Below are positions 21,886 through 31,789 of a stretch of DNA of 64,000 bases, piece after piece (position 1 is the stretch's first letter; each line of letters begins with the position of its first letter). The stretch lies in assembly GCA_963772365.1 (NCBI GenBank), contig CAVYXA010000001.1, positions 1,280,001 through 1,344,000 on the forward strand, read 5' to 3'. The notes beneath the pieces are model-generated. The model was not told the origin of the DNA. It ran no database searches and was given only the letters and a program-made list of their open reading frames with translations. Made by a program: the position numbers and the translations under genes. Source of the stretch: an uncultured Verrucomicrobiae bacterium. GTDB taxonomy: Bacteria > Verrucomicrobiota > Verrucomicrobiia > Chthoniobacterales > UBA10450.

Positions 21886-22386
21886 ATGCGTACCTCGTTC
21901 GTGATTACAATGATCCTCCTCGCAGCCTTGCATTCCGCGGCCGCCTACGAACGCGTAATCGCTCCGAACGGACTTCTCGAAGCTTTCACTACAGCAAAGA
22001 AGCCGGATGGAACAGGTATGAAGCTTTTCGTGCGCAACCGCCGCTCAAACGCCCCAGCCGTCCTGCTTCTCCAAAATGACCGCTGGATTGACGCAAAATG
22101 GTCGCCGGACTCTCGCTTCCTGGCCGTTATCGACCATCCCTACGGTCACGTAGCGGATGTTTACGTTTTCGGCATCAGCGCCGCTAACTCGGCTCGACCG
22201 CCAATCGCAAACCTTTTTTACCACACACCCGAGCTGCGGACGCATTACGTTCAATGGGATGTTGTCGATTGGCTGTTGAACACGCGCAATATCATCCTGA
22301 AAAAGAACGTGCACTTCGGCTTTCGACAGGAGACTATTGTCGCGCACATCGGCACCTCCGCATTGAAAGCCCCGGCGCCGGACTAG
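21886..22386 (+). CDS. Hypothetical secreted cassette protein with a TolB/WD40-like motif
   Basis: Signal peptide MRTSFVITMILLAALHSAAA; AKWSPDSRFLAV; ATG 4 nt after GTTAGAT. Confidence 0.7.
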   Translation: MRTSFVITMILLAALHSAAAYERVIAPNGLLEAFTTAKKPDGTGMKLFVRNRRSNAPAVLLLQNDRWIDAKWSPDSRFLAVIDHPYGHVADVYVFGISAANSARPPIANLFYHTPELRTHYVQWDVVDWLLNTRNIILKKNVHFGFRQETIVAHIGTSALKAPAPD

Positions 22387-22538
22387 ACCAAGCGTTGAAG
22401 CTTGTATCCTCTTAAAATGCCCTATCCGTGCCTGAGCTTTTTTTGCCTCAGCACCATTTAACCGCGAAAGCTTCGCGCGTTGATCAATGCCGTTCAGTGC
22501 GGAAGAGGAACCGGAAAGCTTACGAGATAGCGCCGGAA

Positions 22539-23564
22539 TTAATCACCATCGCTCGACTTTTGCGCGGCGCGCTCCAACCGGTCCATGATCGCTGCGCCAA
22601 GTCCGGCGAGGGAAGTCGTTCGGCGACGATGAGATCGAGATCGAGCGCATCGAGCTCGCGCAGATAGCGGAAGAGATTTGCGGCGGCTTCTCGCAAATCC
22701 TGTCGCTCGCTCAGCATTCGAACGGCGGCGAATTTCTTTTCCACTCCGACAAGATTCCACGCAAGCAAACCGACGCGCTGATTTTCCCGCGGCGAAAATG
22801 ATTTCGGCATCGTCGATCAAGCGCAGCGGCGTGTTCGGCGCGTAATGCGATGGGAATTGACCCGGCGCGGAAATTTTCTCGGCCGAGTGTGACGATGCTC
22901 GATCTTGCCAAACTCGGAAAGTTGTTCCGCGGTGATCGGTCCGCGGCGCAGGATGTCGATCTATCCCATTGCGAACCGCAGACAATGGTCGATTCGATTC
23001 CGTGCGTAGTCGGTCCGCGCATCGATGATCAACGGGATACGGCCCTCGAGCTCATCGAACACATGCTGCGCAGTGGTCGGGCTGATCCGACCGAACCGAT
23101 TTGCGCTCGGCGCGGCCAGAGGTTTTCCAAACTCGCTGAATGATTTCTGCAAAAATCGGATGCGCGCTGATGCGAACGGCAACTGTGTCGAGGCCGGCAG
23201 TGACAATATCGGGAACGATTTCGCGTTTGGGCAAAACCATCGTAAACGGGCCGGGCCAGAATCGATCCGCCAATTTCGAAATTGCCGGTAGATTGTCGAT
23301 CAGGAAGATCGGCAACTTTTTCCAGCCAATCGCGATCCGGCAAATGAACGATTAGCGGATCGAACCGCGGACGCTCTTTCGCTTCGAAAATCTTTGGCGA
23401 CCGCAATCGGATGCAGCGCGTCGGCGGCGAGGCCGTAAACAGTTTCGGTCGGCAGCGCGACGACTTCGCCCTTGCGCAGCAGTTCAACTGCTCGCGTTCT
23501 GTAGCGGCGGTCTGCGACCGCTCGTCGGCGGTCATAGACCGCCGCTACCAGTTTCTGTTTTCAC
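22539..23564 (-). CDS. sua5: L-threonylcarbamoyladenylate synthase (Sua5/TsaC), multiply frameshifted in this sequence
   Basis: Fragments in several frames: [73 protein letters not shown] start overlaps the purE stop. Confidence 0.88.
23499..23552. repeat. GTAG-type REP-like pair inside the sua5 5' end
   Basis: ctGTAGcggcggtctgcgaccgc ... cggcggtcatagaccgccgCTAC. Confidence 0.8.
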
Positions 23565-24062
23565 ACTGGCAATCTTGCCGCCAGCACCGATTCGGTTTGT
23601 CTTCTTTCGGAATTGCTCGAGTTTTTGCCGGAACCGTAATTTCGTCGGAGGTGGCCAGGATCGCGGCGGCGAGTAGCGCCGCGTTTTTCGCTCCCGCCTC
23701 GCCGATGGCCAAGGTTCCGACCGGAATACCGCCCGGCATTTGCGCGGTGGACGAGCAAAGAATCGAGTCCCTGCAATGCTTTGGATTGCATCGGCACACC
23801 GAGCACCGGCAGCCAGGTATGCGCGGCGATGACTCCGGCCAGATGCGCCGCGCCGCCCGCGCCGGCAATGATCACGCGCAGGCCGCGATCGGCTGCATCG
23901 CGCGTAAACTCAGCAGTTGCATCAGGAGTGCGATGGGCAGAGAGCACGCGCGTCTCGTTCGGCGATGCCAAGCTTATCGAGCGTTTCCACGGCAACCCGC
24001 ATGGTTTCCCAGTCCGATTTGCTGCCCATAATGATGGCGACTAATGGATTTGATTCCGGCAT
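23561..24062 (-). CDS. purE: N5-CAIR mutase, frameshifted in this sequence
   Basis: [53 protein letters not shown] across frames. Confidence 0.92.
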
Positions 24063-24069
24063 GACGAGA

Positions 24070-24124
24070 TTGTAGGGCGTTTCTGTGAAACGCCAAGCCC
24101 GGCATCTGACCCAGACGCCCTTAT
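24070..24124. repeat. GTAG-type REP-like pair
   Basis: ttGTAGggcgtttctgtgaaacgcc ... tctgacccagacgccct. Confidence 0.6.
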
Positions 24125-24687
24125 ATCGGAACTTCAGCGCTCGATCGTTCTCGTCGGCATGATGGGTGCCGGAAAATCCGCCGTGGGAACGTGTTTGAAA
24201 CGCACGTAGCGGTCTTGCGATTGTTCGACAACGATGAAATGGTCACGGTCAAATTCAGGCTCTCGATTCCCGAAATTTTCTCCAACGATGGCGAGGAAGC
24301 GTTTCGGGAAGCCGAAACGGAGGCGCTTCGACGCTTTCGCCTCAGGATCCGGCAATCATTGTGACAGGCGGTGGAATCGTTCTGCGCGAGGAAAATGTCG
24401 ATCTTCTGAAACAGCTCGGAACGATAGTTTGGCTCGATGCGGATGACGAAATCCTTTTCCAACGCGCTTCGCGAAAGCGTAATCGCCCGTTGTTGGAAAG
24501 GGTGAATCCGAGGGAAATATTCTCGCAATTACTCAACGCGCGACGACCAATTTATGCCAAAATTGCAGAGGTGAGCATCGATACATCAAATCTCAGCGAG
24601 GAAAAAGTTGCGGATGTGGTGTTGCGTGCAGTTGGTGAAAAAGCGACGCAAGGACGCGCCGCACTCCCAAAGCTTCGCGAAATGTAA
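24121..24687 (+). CDS. aroK: Shikimate kinase, frameshifted in this sequence; start uncertain
   Basis: SIVLVGMMGAGKSAVG, DGEEAFREAE, TGGGIV, RNRPLL, RRPIY. Confidence 0.88.
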
Positions 24688-24748
24688 AGCAATTCCCCGT
24701 GTCGCGCGAAGCGCTTTGGGAGTGCGATGAGTCCCCGCATCGCTTTTT
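24638..24748. repeat. Palindromic repeat (AAAGCG..GCACTCCCAAA type) overlapping the aroK 3' end
   Basis: aaaaagcgacgc..cgcactcccaaagc / gctttgggagtgcg..gcatcgcttttt inverted arms. Confidence 0.75.
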
Positions 24749-24763
24749 GAAAGATGCTTTTTC

Positions 24764-25816
24764 ATGAGTGAAGACGCTGTTGAAATAAAAGCCAGACTCG
24801 CTGCGTTTGCGCGCGAGATCGGGTTTGATTCGTGCCGGATCGCGGCTTGCGAGTCGCCTGCGCACGCTGATGAATTTCGCCATTGGCTGCGCGATGGAGC
24901 TCAGGGTGAAATGGATTACATGAAGCGCGGCGAAGAAAAACGCTGCGATCCGCAACAAATCCTGCCAGAGGCGAAGTCGATCGTTGTGGTAGCGCTGAAT
25001 TATTTTCAGGGAGACGCCGCCCATAGGGCGGCGGCTACAGAAGGTAAGATCGCGCGGTACGCCTGGGGCGAGGATTATCACGAACTGATTAAGGCGAAGC
25101 TTGATAAGATCGACAATTTTCTTCGCCAATTCGGCGGCATCCAAAAATGTTACGTCGATACCGGTCCGGTTTTGGAGCGGGATCATGCGGGGCAGGCGGG
25201 AATCGGCTGGCATGGCAAGAGCACAATGCTGATCGATCCACGATTGGGGACGTGGTTTTTTATTGGCGAGATTTTAACGACACTCGAGTTGCCGCCCGAC
25301 GCTCCGCAGATTGATCGTTGCGGAAAATGCGAACGGTGTATCACTGCTTGTCCCACCGGCGCAATCACTGCGCCTCACCGGCTCGATGCGCGCCGCTGCA
25401 TTTCCTATCTGACCATCGAACTGAAAGGTTCTATTCCTCTCGAATTCCGGCCGCTGATCGGTGATCGTATTTTTGGTTGTGACGATTGCCTGGAGGCATG
25501 TCCATGGAACCGGTTCGCAAAAGTATCGCGCGAAAGTGCATTCGCAGCGCGAAGATCGACAACAGAAATGTCGCTGCGCGATTACTTGAGCCTTGGCGAG
25601 ACGGATTTTCGAGCGCTGTTTCGCAATTCACCAATCAAACGGATCAAGCGCCGCGGATTTCTGCGCAATGTCTGTGTTGCGCTGGGAAATGTGGGCGGAC
25701 CGGAAGATTTGCCGGCCTTGGACCAGGCCGCGGCCGATGCCGAGCCGCTGATTGTCGAGCATGCAGTTTGGGCCATCGACAGAATTAGACAACGTTCGAG
25801 GCGCACAGTTTCTTGA
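24764..25816 (+). CDS. queG: Epoxyqueuosine reductase
   Basis: ARYAWGEDYH, VDTGPVLER, CGKCERCITACPT, RCISYLTIE, GCDDCLEACPWN. Confidence 0.96.
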   Translation: MSEDAVEIKARLAAFAREIGFDSCRIAACESPAHADEFRHWLRDGAQGEMDYMKRGEEKRCDPQQILPEAKSIVVVALNYFQGDAAHRAAATEGKIARYAWGEDYHELIKAKLDKIDNFLRQFGGIQKCYVDTGPVLERDHAGQAGIGWHGKSTMLIDPRLGTWFFIGEILTTLELPPDAPQIDRCGKCERCITACPTGAITAPHRLDARRCISYLTIELKGSIPLEFRPLIGDRIFGCDDCLEACPWNRFAKVSRESAFAARRSTTEMSLRDYLSLGETDFRALFRNSPIKRIKRRGFLRNVCVALGNVGGPEDLPALDQAAADAEPLIVEHAVWAIDRIRQRSRRTVS

Positions 25817-25936
25817 ATCCACAAAGGCTGGTTCCAGCATCTCATTGTCGATCCTGTCGATGAACGCGAACTCGCTTACAACAGTCTAAAGTGCCATTAT
25901 TTGTGACGCCCGCCCTTGCCTAAGCCTCCCCGACAT

Positions 25937-27298
25937 ATGCATCAAACTGTCGTGACCCCACCCACCGCGAAATCCGCAGCGAAACAACGCCGTTCCCGTC
26001 GCAGGCGTCGCATCATTTTCGGCGCGATCGGAGTGGTGCTGCTTTGGATCGTGGTGTCGATCATCTTGAGCAAACGCGAGAAACCGATCCCGGTCACGAC
26101 GGAAAAAGCGGCGAAGCGAACGATCGTTGAAACCGTGTCCGCCACCGGCAAGGTTCAACCCGAGACGGAAGTGAAAATCTCGCCGGAGGTCGCGGGCGAG
26201 ATCATCGAGTTGCCGGTCGAAGATGGAAAAGTAGTCAAGAAGGGCGATCTGCTCCTGAAGATCAAACCAGATACTTACAAAGCGCTTCTCGAACAAGAGG
26301 AGGCGGCAATCAGCGCGGCTAAGGCCACAAACCTTCAGCAAAAAGCGACGATGGTGAAAGCCGAGCAGGACTTGAAACGTGCTGACAACATGTATGCGAC
26401 GAAAGCAATATCGATTCAGGAATACAACGCCGCCCAGGCTGCCTACGACGTTGCGAAAAATACTTACGAGAGTTCGCTGCACGAAATCGAGCGCGCCCAG
26501 GCCGCTTCGAGTCAGGCACGCGAGTCGCTGGCCAAGACGACCATTTATTCACCGCTCGATGGCCGGGTGACCGTATTGAACAGTAAATTGGGCGAGCGCG
26601 TTGTTGCGACCGGGCAGTTTGCCGGCACCGAAGTGATGCGCGTTGCCGATCTGGATCACATGCAGGCCGTTGTCGATGTAAACGAGAACGATGTGGTCAA
26701 AGTCAAACCTGGCGACACGGCAAACGTTAAGATCGACGCTTACGGTGACCGCAATTTCAAAGGCATCGTCCAGCAGATCGCCAATACCGGTACAACGACC
26801 GGTACCGGAACGCAGGAAGAGGTGACAAATTTTGAAGTTAAAATCGATCTCGACCGGGACGGCATATTACTAAGACCCGGCTTAAGCTGTACTGCCGACA
26901 TCGAGACGAACATGGTGAAAGACGCCGTGGCCGTGCCGTTGCAAAGCGTCACCATCCGCACCGGCGACACAAATCTGAGCCCGGAAGAAATTGAGAAACG
27001 CAAACAGAAGGAAGCGGCCCGCGACAAAGGCGACAACAATGCGGAATTCGTGAATGAGCGTCAGCAAAAACAGGCGCAAAAAGAGGAGCACGAGAAGTTG
27101 CAGAAAGGCGTGTTCGTCAAGAACGGCAGTAAAGCGCGGTGGGTAAAAGTCGCGACCGGGATTTCTAACGATACCTACATGGAAGTTAAAACCGGAGTAA
27201 AACCGGGTGATGAAGTGATTTCCGGCAGCTACAGCGCAATCAGCCGAAAGCTGAAGGATGGCGCGAAAGTGACTTATGAAAAGGAAGATAAAAAGTGA
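25937..27298 (+). CDS. Efflux periplasmic adaptor (MacA-like MFP)
   Basis: N-terminal TM, SATGKVQP, ISPEVAGEI, coiled hairpin, TIYSPLDG, LRPGLSC. Confidence 0.92.
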   Translation: MHQTVVTPPTAKSAAKQRRSRRRRRIIFGAIGVVLLWIVVSIILSKREKPIPVTTEKAAKRTIVETVSATGKVQPETEVKISPEVAGEIIELPVEDGKVVKKGDLLLKIKPDTYKALLEQEEAAISAAKATNLQQKATMVKAEQDLKRADNMYATKAISIQEYNAAQAAYDVAKNTYESSLHEIERAQAASSQARESLAKTTIYSPLDGRVTVLNSKLGERVVATGQFAGTEVMRVADLDHMQAVVDVNENDVVKVKPGDTANVKIDAYGDRNFKGIVQQIANTGTTTGTGTQEEVTNFEVKIDLDRDGILLRPGLSCTADIETNMVKDAVAVPLQSVTIRTGDTNLSPEEIEKRKQKEAARDKGDNNAEFVNERQQKQAQKEEHEKLQKGVFVKNGSKARWVKVATGISNDTYMEVKTGVKPGDEVISGSYSAISRKLKDGAKVTYEKEDKK

Positions 27299-27796
27299 CG
27301 GGTGATGAGTGACGAGTGACGAGTGACGAGTGACGAGAGTTTCGCTACAACGCTCGCCATGAAAATGAATACTCCTCGTGATTATAAAGATCTGCTTGTT
27401 TGGCAGAAAGGAATGACGCTTGCGAAAATCATTTACCGGCTAACGCAAAAATACCCGTCAGAAGAGAAATTCGGACTTGTCGCTCAAATGCGCCGAGCAG
27501 CTATTTCGATTCCATCGAACATTGCGGAAGGGCAGGCGCGGCATACGACGGGTGAATTCATTCAGTTTATTTCCCATGCAGAAGGCTCGGTCGCCGAACT
27601 CGACACGCAGTTGATTCTCAGCATCGAGCTCAACTTCTGTCGCGCCGCAGATACCGAAAAGGCCTTTGAATTGATCAATGAGCTCCGAAAGATGCTCAAT
27701 GTGTTGCGGCGTAAGCTTTCCACGAGGCAATAACTCATCACCCGTCACTCGTCACTCGTCACTTCCTCTTCACTCGTCACATGTCACTTGTCACTA
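27294..27796 (+). mobile_element. IR-bounded four-helix-bundle gene element (GAGTGAC heptamer arms)
   Basis: 17-bp perfect IR 27294-27310/27733-27749, plus (GAGTGAC)x4 on the left and GTCACTC-type repeats on the right. Confidence 0.65.
27359..27733 (+). CDS. Four-helix-bundle protein (23S rRNA IVS-protein / bAvd-like family)
   Basis: [51 protein letters not shown]. Confidence 0.93.
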   Translation: MKMNTPRDYKDLLVWQKGMTLAKIIYRLTQKYPSEEKFGLVAQMRRAAISIPSNIAEGQARHTTGEFIQFISHAEGSVAELDTQLILSIELNFCRAADTEKAFELINELRKMLNVLRRKLSTRQ

Positions 27797-28539
27797 GATC
27801 GGCGGAGCCGATCATCATCGACATCGAAAACATCACGAAAGACTACGTGATGGGGGAAGAAATGGTGCATGCGCTGCGCGGGGTGTCGTTGCGGATTCAT
27901 CGCAATGAATATCTCGCCATCATGGGCCCGAGCGGGAGCGGCAAATCGACTCTTATGAACATGCTCGGTTGCCTCGATACACCTTCATCCGGCCGCTACG
28001 AATTCAACGGGCGTAACGTTTCGGAAATGGACGACGATGAGCTCGCTGCGATCCGGAACCGCGAGATCGGATTTGTATTTCAAACTTTCAATCTATTGCC
28101 GCGCGCCAACAGCTTGCGCAATGTCGAGCTGCCCCTGATTTATGGCGGCGTCGATCCAGAAACGCGCGAGGAGCGCGCTGCCCAGGTGCTGCGCGATGTG
28201 GGCTTGGGCGATCGGTTGCATCATAAGCCGAGCGAGCTGTCCGGCGGCCAACGGCAGCGAGTGGCGGTCGCGCGCGCGCTCGTGAACAATCCGTCCATCA
28301 TTTTGGCTGACGAACCGACGGGCAATCTCGATTCGAAAACCGGCGAAGAAATCATGGCCTTGTTTGAAGAGCTGTATCAGCGCGGAAACACGGTCATTCT
28401 GGTCACGCATGAAGCGGATATCGCCCGGCACGCCCGGCGAACGGTTCATTTGCGAGACGGATTGATCGAAAGCGACAACGCGAGTGGCATTGGCATCTTG
28501 CCAATGGAACATCGGCTGGAAGCCGATGCCACGGCCTAG
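27781..28539 (+). CDS. ABC transporter ATP-binding protein (MacB/LolD type)
   Basis: [32 protein letters not shown]. Confidence 0.96.
   Translation: MSLVTRSAEPIIIDIENITKDYVMGEEMVHALRGVSLRIHRNEYLAIMGPSGSGKSTLMNMLGCLDTPSSGRYEFNGRNVSEMDDDELAAIRNREIGFVFQTFNLLPRANSLRNVELPLIYGGVDPETREERAAQVLRDVGLGDRLHHKPSELSGGQRQRVAVARALVNNPSIILADEPTGNLDSKTGEEIMALFEELYQRGNTVILVTHEADIARHARRTVHLRDGLIESDNASGIGILPMEHRLEADATA
28484..28532. repeat. GTGGCAT..ATGCCAC palindrome forming the ATPase C-terminal tail
   Basis: Two hairpins (cattggc..gccaatg; catcggct..agccgatg) inside a 7-bp terminal IR; encodes [17 protein letters not shown]. Confidence 0.75.
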
Positions 28540-28541
28540 TG

Positions 28542-29792
28542 ATGAAGCGCTTTCTCTATGAGCTGACCGAGAGCTGGAACATCGCGGCCGCACAGATGCG
28601 GGCGAATAAAACGCGGTCCACGCTTACCGCGCTCGGCGTAATCATCGGCATCGTGGCAGTTACCTTAATGGGAACTGCGATCTCCGGGATCCAGGTCGGA
28701 TTCGATAAGAGCCTCTCGGTCCTCGGCGATGACGTTCTTTACGTCACTCAATGGCCTTGGAAACGCGTGGACGACTGGTGGAATTATCGCGACCGCAAAA
28801 AGATCAAGACCGAGTACGCGGAAAAGCTGAACCGAATGATAGCAGCCACGCCGAACTCGAATCTCATCGTGGCCGTGCCGACCTCGAGCCTGATCCGATC
28901 CGTCAAATACGGCGGAAGCGAAGTCGAAAATGTTTTCGTTCTGGGGACAACCTCGGATTTCATCGTAACATCGACAGTCGATTGCAAAGAGGGCCGGTTT
29001 TTTAACGAGATCGAATCGCGGGGCGCGGCCAACGTTTGTCTCATCGGCTACGACGTGGCCGACGCCCTGTTCCCCGCGGAAAGCCCGATCAACAAAACCG
29101 TGCTCATTAACGGCCAAAATTTCAAGGTCGTGGGCGTGAATAATCGGCAGGGAACATTTCTCGGGTTGTTCAGCTGGGACTCGATGGTGGCGATGCCGCT
29201 GGGTGCCTTCAACAAATACTTCAGCTCCAAAAGCGAATCGGACATTCGAGTGAAAGTGAAAGACAAAACGAAGCTGGCCGAGGCCAAAGACGAATTAACC
29301 GGCCTGATGCGGCGGGTGCGCGGTTTGCCGCCGGAAAAAAAGGATGATTTTTCGATTAACGAGCAAGAGGCATTCAAAACGACGCTCGACCCGGTGAAAA
29401 ATTCGATCGCTATTGCCGGCCTTTTTATCACTGGCCTTTCTCTTTTCGTCGGCGCGATCGGTATCATGAATATCACTTTTGTCAGCGTAAAGGAGCGGAC
29501 GAAAGAGATCGGGACCCGCAAAGCCCTCGGTGCGCGACGTCGCACCATCCTGTTGCAATTTCTCATCGAATCCACGGCGCTTTGTCTTTTAGGCGGATTC
29601 ATCGGGCTGACCGTCGCCTACTTTCTCTGTTTCGGAATCGGCAAAGCCTTCCCCTCGTTCCCAATCAATTTTTCCTTCGGTCTCGTCTTCGCCAGCATGA
29701 TCGTGTCAGTCATGACCGGTTTGTTTTCCGGTTTCGCGCCCGCCTGGAGCGCGTCGCGTCTCGATCCCGTGACGGCACTTAGATATGAATGA
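28542..29792 (+). CDS. ABC transporter permease (MacB/FtsX type)
   Basis: RSTLTALGVIIG, GIMNITFVSVKERTKEIG, LDPVTALRYE. Confidence 0.95.
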   Translation: MKRFLYELTESWNIAAAQMRANKTRSTLTALGVIIGIVAVTLMGTAISGIQVGFDKSLSVLGDDVLYVTQWPWKRVDDWWNYRDRKKIKTEYAEKLNRMIAATPNSNLIVAVPTSSLIRSVKYGGSEVENVFVLGTTSDFIVTSTVDCKEGRFFNEIESRGAANVCLIGYDVADALFPAESPINKTVLINGQNFKVVGVNNRQGTFLGLFSWDSMVAMPLGAFNKYFSSKSESDIRVKVKDKTKLAEAKDELTGLMRRVRGLPPEKKDDFSINEQEAFKTTLDPVKNSIAIAGLFITGLSLFVGAIGIMNITFVSVKERTKEIGTRKALGARRRTILLQFLIESTALCLLGGFIGLTVAYFLCFGIGKAFPSFPINFSFGLVFASMIVSVMTGLFSGFAPAWSASRLDPVTALRYE

Positions 29793-30231
29793 ACGAATTT
29801 TAACCACAGAGATCACGGAGACCACAGAGGTGCTGAAGGAGATCAACCGACTTACCGAGCTAGTGATTGGTTGCGCAATTGAGGTGCATAGCGCACTCGG
29901 TCCGGGATTATTGGAGTCGACATATGAAATGTGTATGTGTCGCGAGCTGGCACTGCGAGCGATTCCTTTCGATCGGCAAAAACCAATCCCAGTTATTTAC
30001 AAAGGTGTGAAGCTCGACTGCGGTTATCGCGCGGACCTGATCGTGGACAATCGCGTCCTCGTGGAAATCAAATCGGTCGATCAAACATGTGCGATCCACG
30101 ACGCACAACTGCTCAGCTATTTGAAGCTGACTGGTCTTAAGGTCGGACTTCTCATTAACTTTAATGTGCGAATGCTAAAAGAGGGAATTCGCCGCAAGGT
30201 CCTGGGCAACCCAAACGAAGTGTCGTTATGA
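29785..30231 (+). CDS. GxxExxY protein (PD-(D/E)XK nuclease-like)
   Basis: VHSALGPGLLESTYE, YRADLIVD..LVEIKS, QLLSYLK..GLLINF. Confidence 0.93.
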   Translation: MNERILTTEITETTEVLKEINRLTELVIGCAIEVHSALGPGLLESTYEMCMCRELALRAIPFDRQKPIPVIYKGVKLDCGYRADLIVDNRVLVEIKSVDQTCAIHDAQLLSYLKLTGLKVGLLINFNVRMLKEGIRRKVLGNPNEVSL

Positions 30232-30258
30232 CTCCGTGTTCTCCGTGATCTCTGTGGT
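29803..30258 (+). mobile_element. IR-bounded GxxExxY element (9-nt ACCACAGAG-type arms)
   Basis: 29803-29829 matches the reverse complement of 30232-30258 at 25/27 nt. Confidence 0.65.
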
Positions 30259-30278
30259 GAATAAAGTCAGAAACTAAA

Positions 30279-31517
30279 ATGTTTGGCGAGATCATAAAGA
30301 TGGCTTTGGCCTCGCTCGGAGTGAACAAGCTTCGCTCCGGGTTGACCATGATCGGGATCACCATCGGTGTGTTCTCCGTCATTTCGGTGATGACTGCTGT
30401 AGGCGCGCTCCAATACTCGATCGAGAACGGAATCAGTTTTCTCGGGGCGAATATTTTCCAGTTCGCCAAATATCCGGCAAACCTCTCTGCCAGCGGCGAC
30501 GTGAAGAAAAAATATCAGAACCGGCGAAACATTAGTTACCGCCAGGCGATGCATTACTACGAACTGATGGAGGGAAACGCCACTGAGATCTGTCTGAAAA
30601 GTTTCGGTTACGAGATTAAAGGTCAGGCCGTTTACAAAGGCGTGAAGACGACCCCGAGCCTTCTTGTCGTCGGAGCCAACCGGAGTTTTCTTACCGCCAA
30701 CGCCTATACGCTCGGTTACGGCCGAAACATCAATGATGAAGATGTTGCATTGTCGCGCCGAGCGCTGGTGGTCGGAAAAGTGATCGAGAAACGATTATTC
30801 CCCCACGAAACCCCGATTGGCAAAGTCATCCGGCTAAGCGGCCACACTTACACCATCATCGGCGTGCTCGCGGAGAAAGGGACCGCGTTCGGCCAGAGCC
30901 AGGACGATCTTTGCATCATGCCGATCACGCGGTTCTTCGAGGATTACGGCGAAGCCAAGCGCACGGTCAATATCGCGACCCAGGCGTTCTCGGCGGAAAC
31001 GTATAATCGCACCCTGGACAGAGCGATCGGAGCGATGCGAATCGCCCGCGGTCTTCGGCCGGATCAGCCCAACGATTTCGAGATTTACTCCAATGATTCG
31101 CTCAAGAGCGCGTTTATTTCCGTGGCTGGAATTGTCCGCGTGGGCGCGTTTGTTATCAGTTTGATCGCGCTAATCGCGGCAGGCATCGGCATCATGAACA
31201 TCATGCTCGTGAGCGTAACCGAACGGACGAAGGAGATTGGCGTCCGCAAATCGATCGGCGCGCGCAGTCGCGACATTCTGCGGCAGTTTCTGGCTGAGGC
31301 CGTATTTATTTCCGAGGCAGGCGGTATCCTGGGCATCATTCTAGGGATCATCGTCGGCGATTTGCTGGCAGCCTGGCTGAAGGTGGACGTGATTTTTCCC
31401 TATGGATGGGCCATTGCCGGATTAGTTGTGTGTTCGGCAATCGGTATCGGATTCGGGTTGTATCCGGCCTATCGAGCTGCTTCTCTCGATCCAATCGAAG
31501 CCCTGCGCTACGAGTAA
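30279..31517 (+). CDS. ABC transporter permease (MacB/FtsX type)
   Basis: NKLRSGLTMIGITIG, GIMNIMLVSVTERTKEIG, LDPIEALRYE. Confidence 0.95.
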   Translation: MFGEIIKMALASLGVNKLRSGLTMIGITIGVFSVISVMTAVGALQYSIENGISFLGANIFQFAKYPANLSASGDVKKKYQNRRNISYRQAMHYYELMEGNATEICLKSFGYEIKGQAVYKGVKTTPSLLVVGANRSFLTANAYTLGYGRNINDEDVALSRRALVVGKVIEKRLFPHETPIGKVIRLSGHTYTIIGVLAEKGTAFGQSQDDLCIMPITRFFEDYGEAKRTVNIATQAFSAETYNRTLDRAIGAMRIARGLRPDQPNDFEIYSNDSLKSAFISVAGIVRVGAFVISLIALIAAGIGIMNIMLVSVTERTKEIGVRKSIGARSRDILRQFLAEAVFISEAGGILGIILGIIVGDLLAAWLKVDVIFPYGWAIAGLVVCSAIGIGFGLYPAYRAASLDPIEALRYE

Positions 31518-31531
31518 GATCGACAAATTAG

Positions 31532-31561
31532 AGAGCGGCAGCGAAGCGCGCCTGCCGCTCT
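31532..31561. terminator. Terminator-like hairpin after the ABC operon
   Basis: AGAGCGGCAG-10nt-CTGCCGCTCT. Confidence 0.55.
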
Positions 31562-31789
31562 TGCTCTCGGGTCGCGAGAGCCTAACCCCTCAGAATTGGT
31601 GTTTGGTGGAGTCGACTGCCTACTCTAGACTTTATAGTTTTAGTATAAATTATCAGCCGAAGGCAATACAAATCTTGGCGGATCCGCCATCCGCGCGGAT
31701 AACATCCGACCGCTCAAACCGACCCAGTTGCTCAATTGCCGATTGGCGTTTATCATCTCTAGCGCGTCAAAAACGCGCCTTTTCTATTC

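Noticed and set aside
22539..24687. Pseudogenisation of sua5, purE and aroK
   Set aside because: These are core genes with intact catalytic motifs and only single-base indels; sequencing error is more parsimonious.
27307..27334. CRISPR array
   Set aside because: These are contiguous 7-nt tandem repeats without spacers; no cas genes or repeat-spacer arrays were seen.
27294..27796. Diversity-generating retroelement (bAvd-like gene)
   Set aside because: No reverse transcriptase and no TR/VR repeat pair are visible in the window.
31580..31586. GCCTAAC as another attC R'' box
   Set aside because: No L boxes or downstream GTTRRRY partner at a suitable distance.
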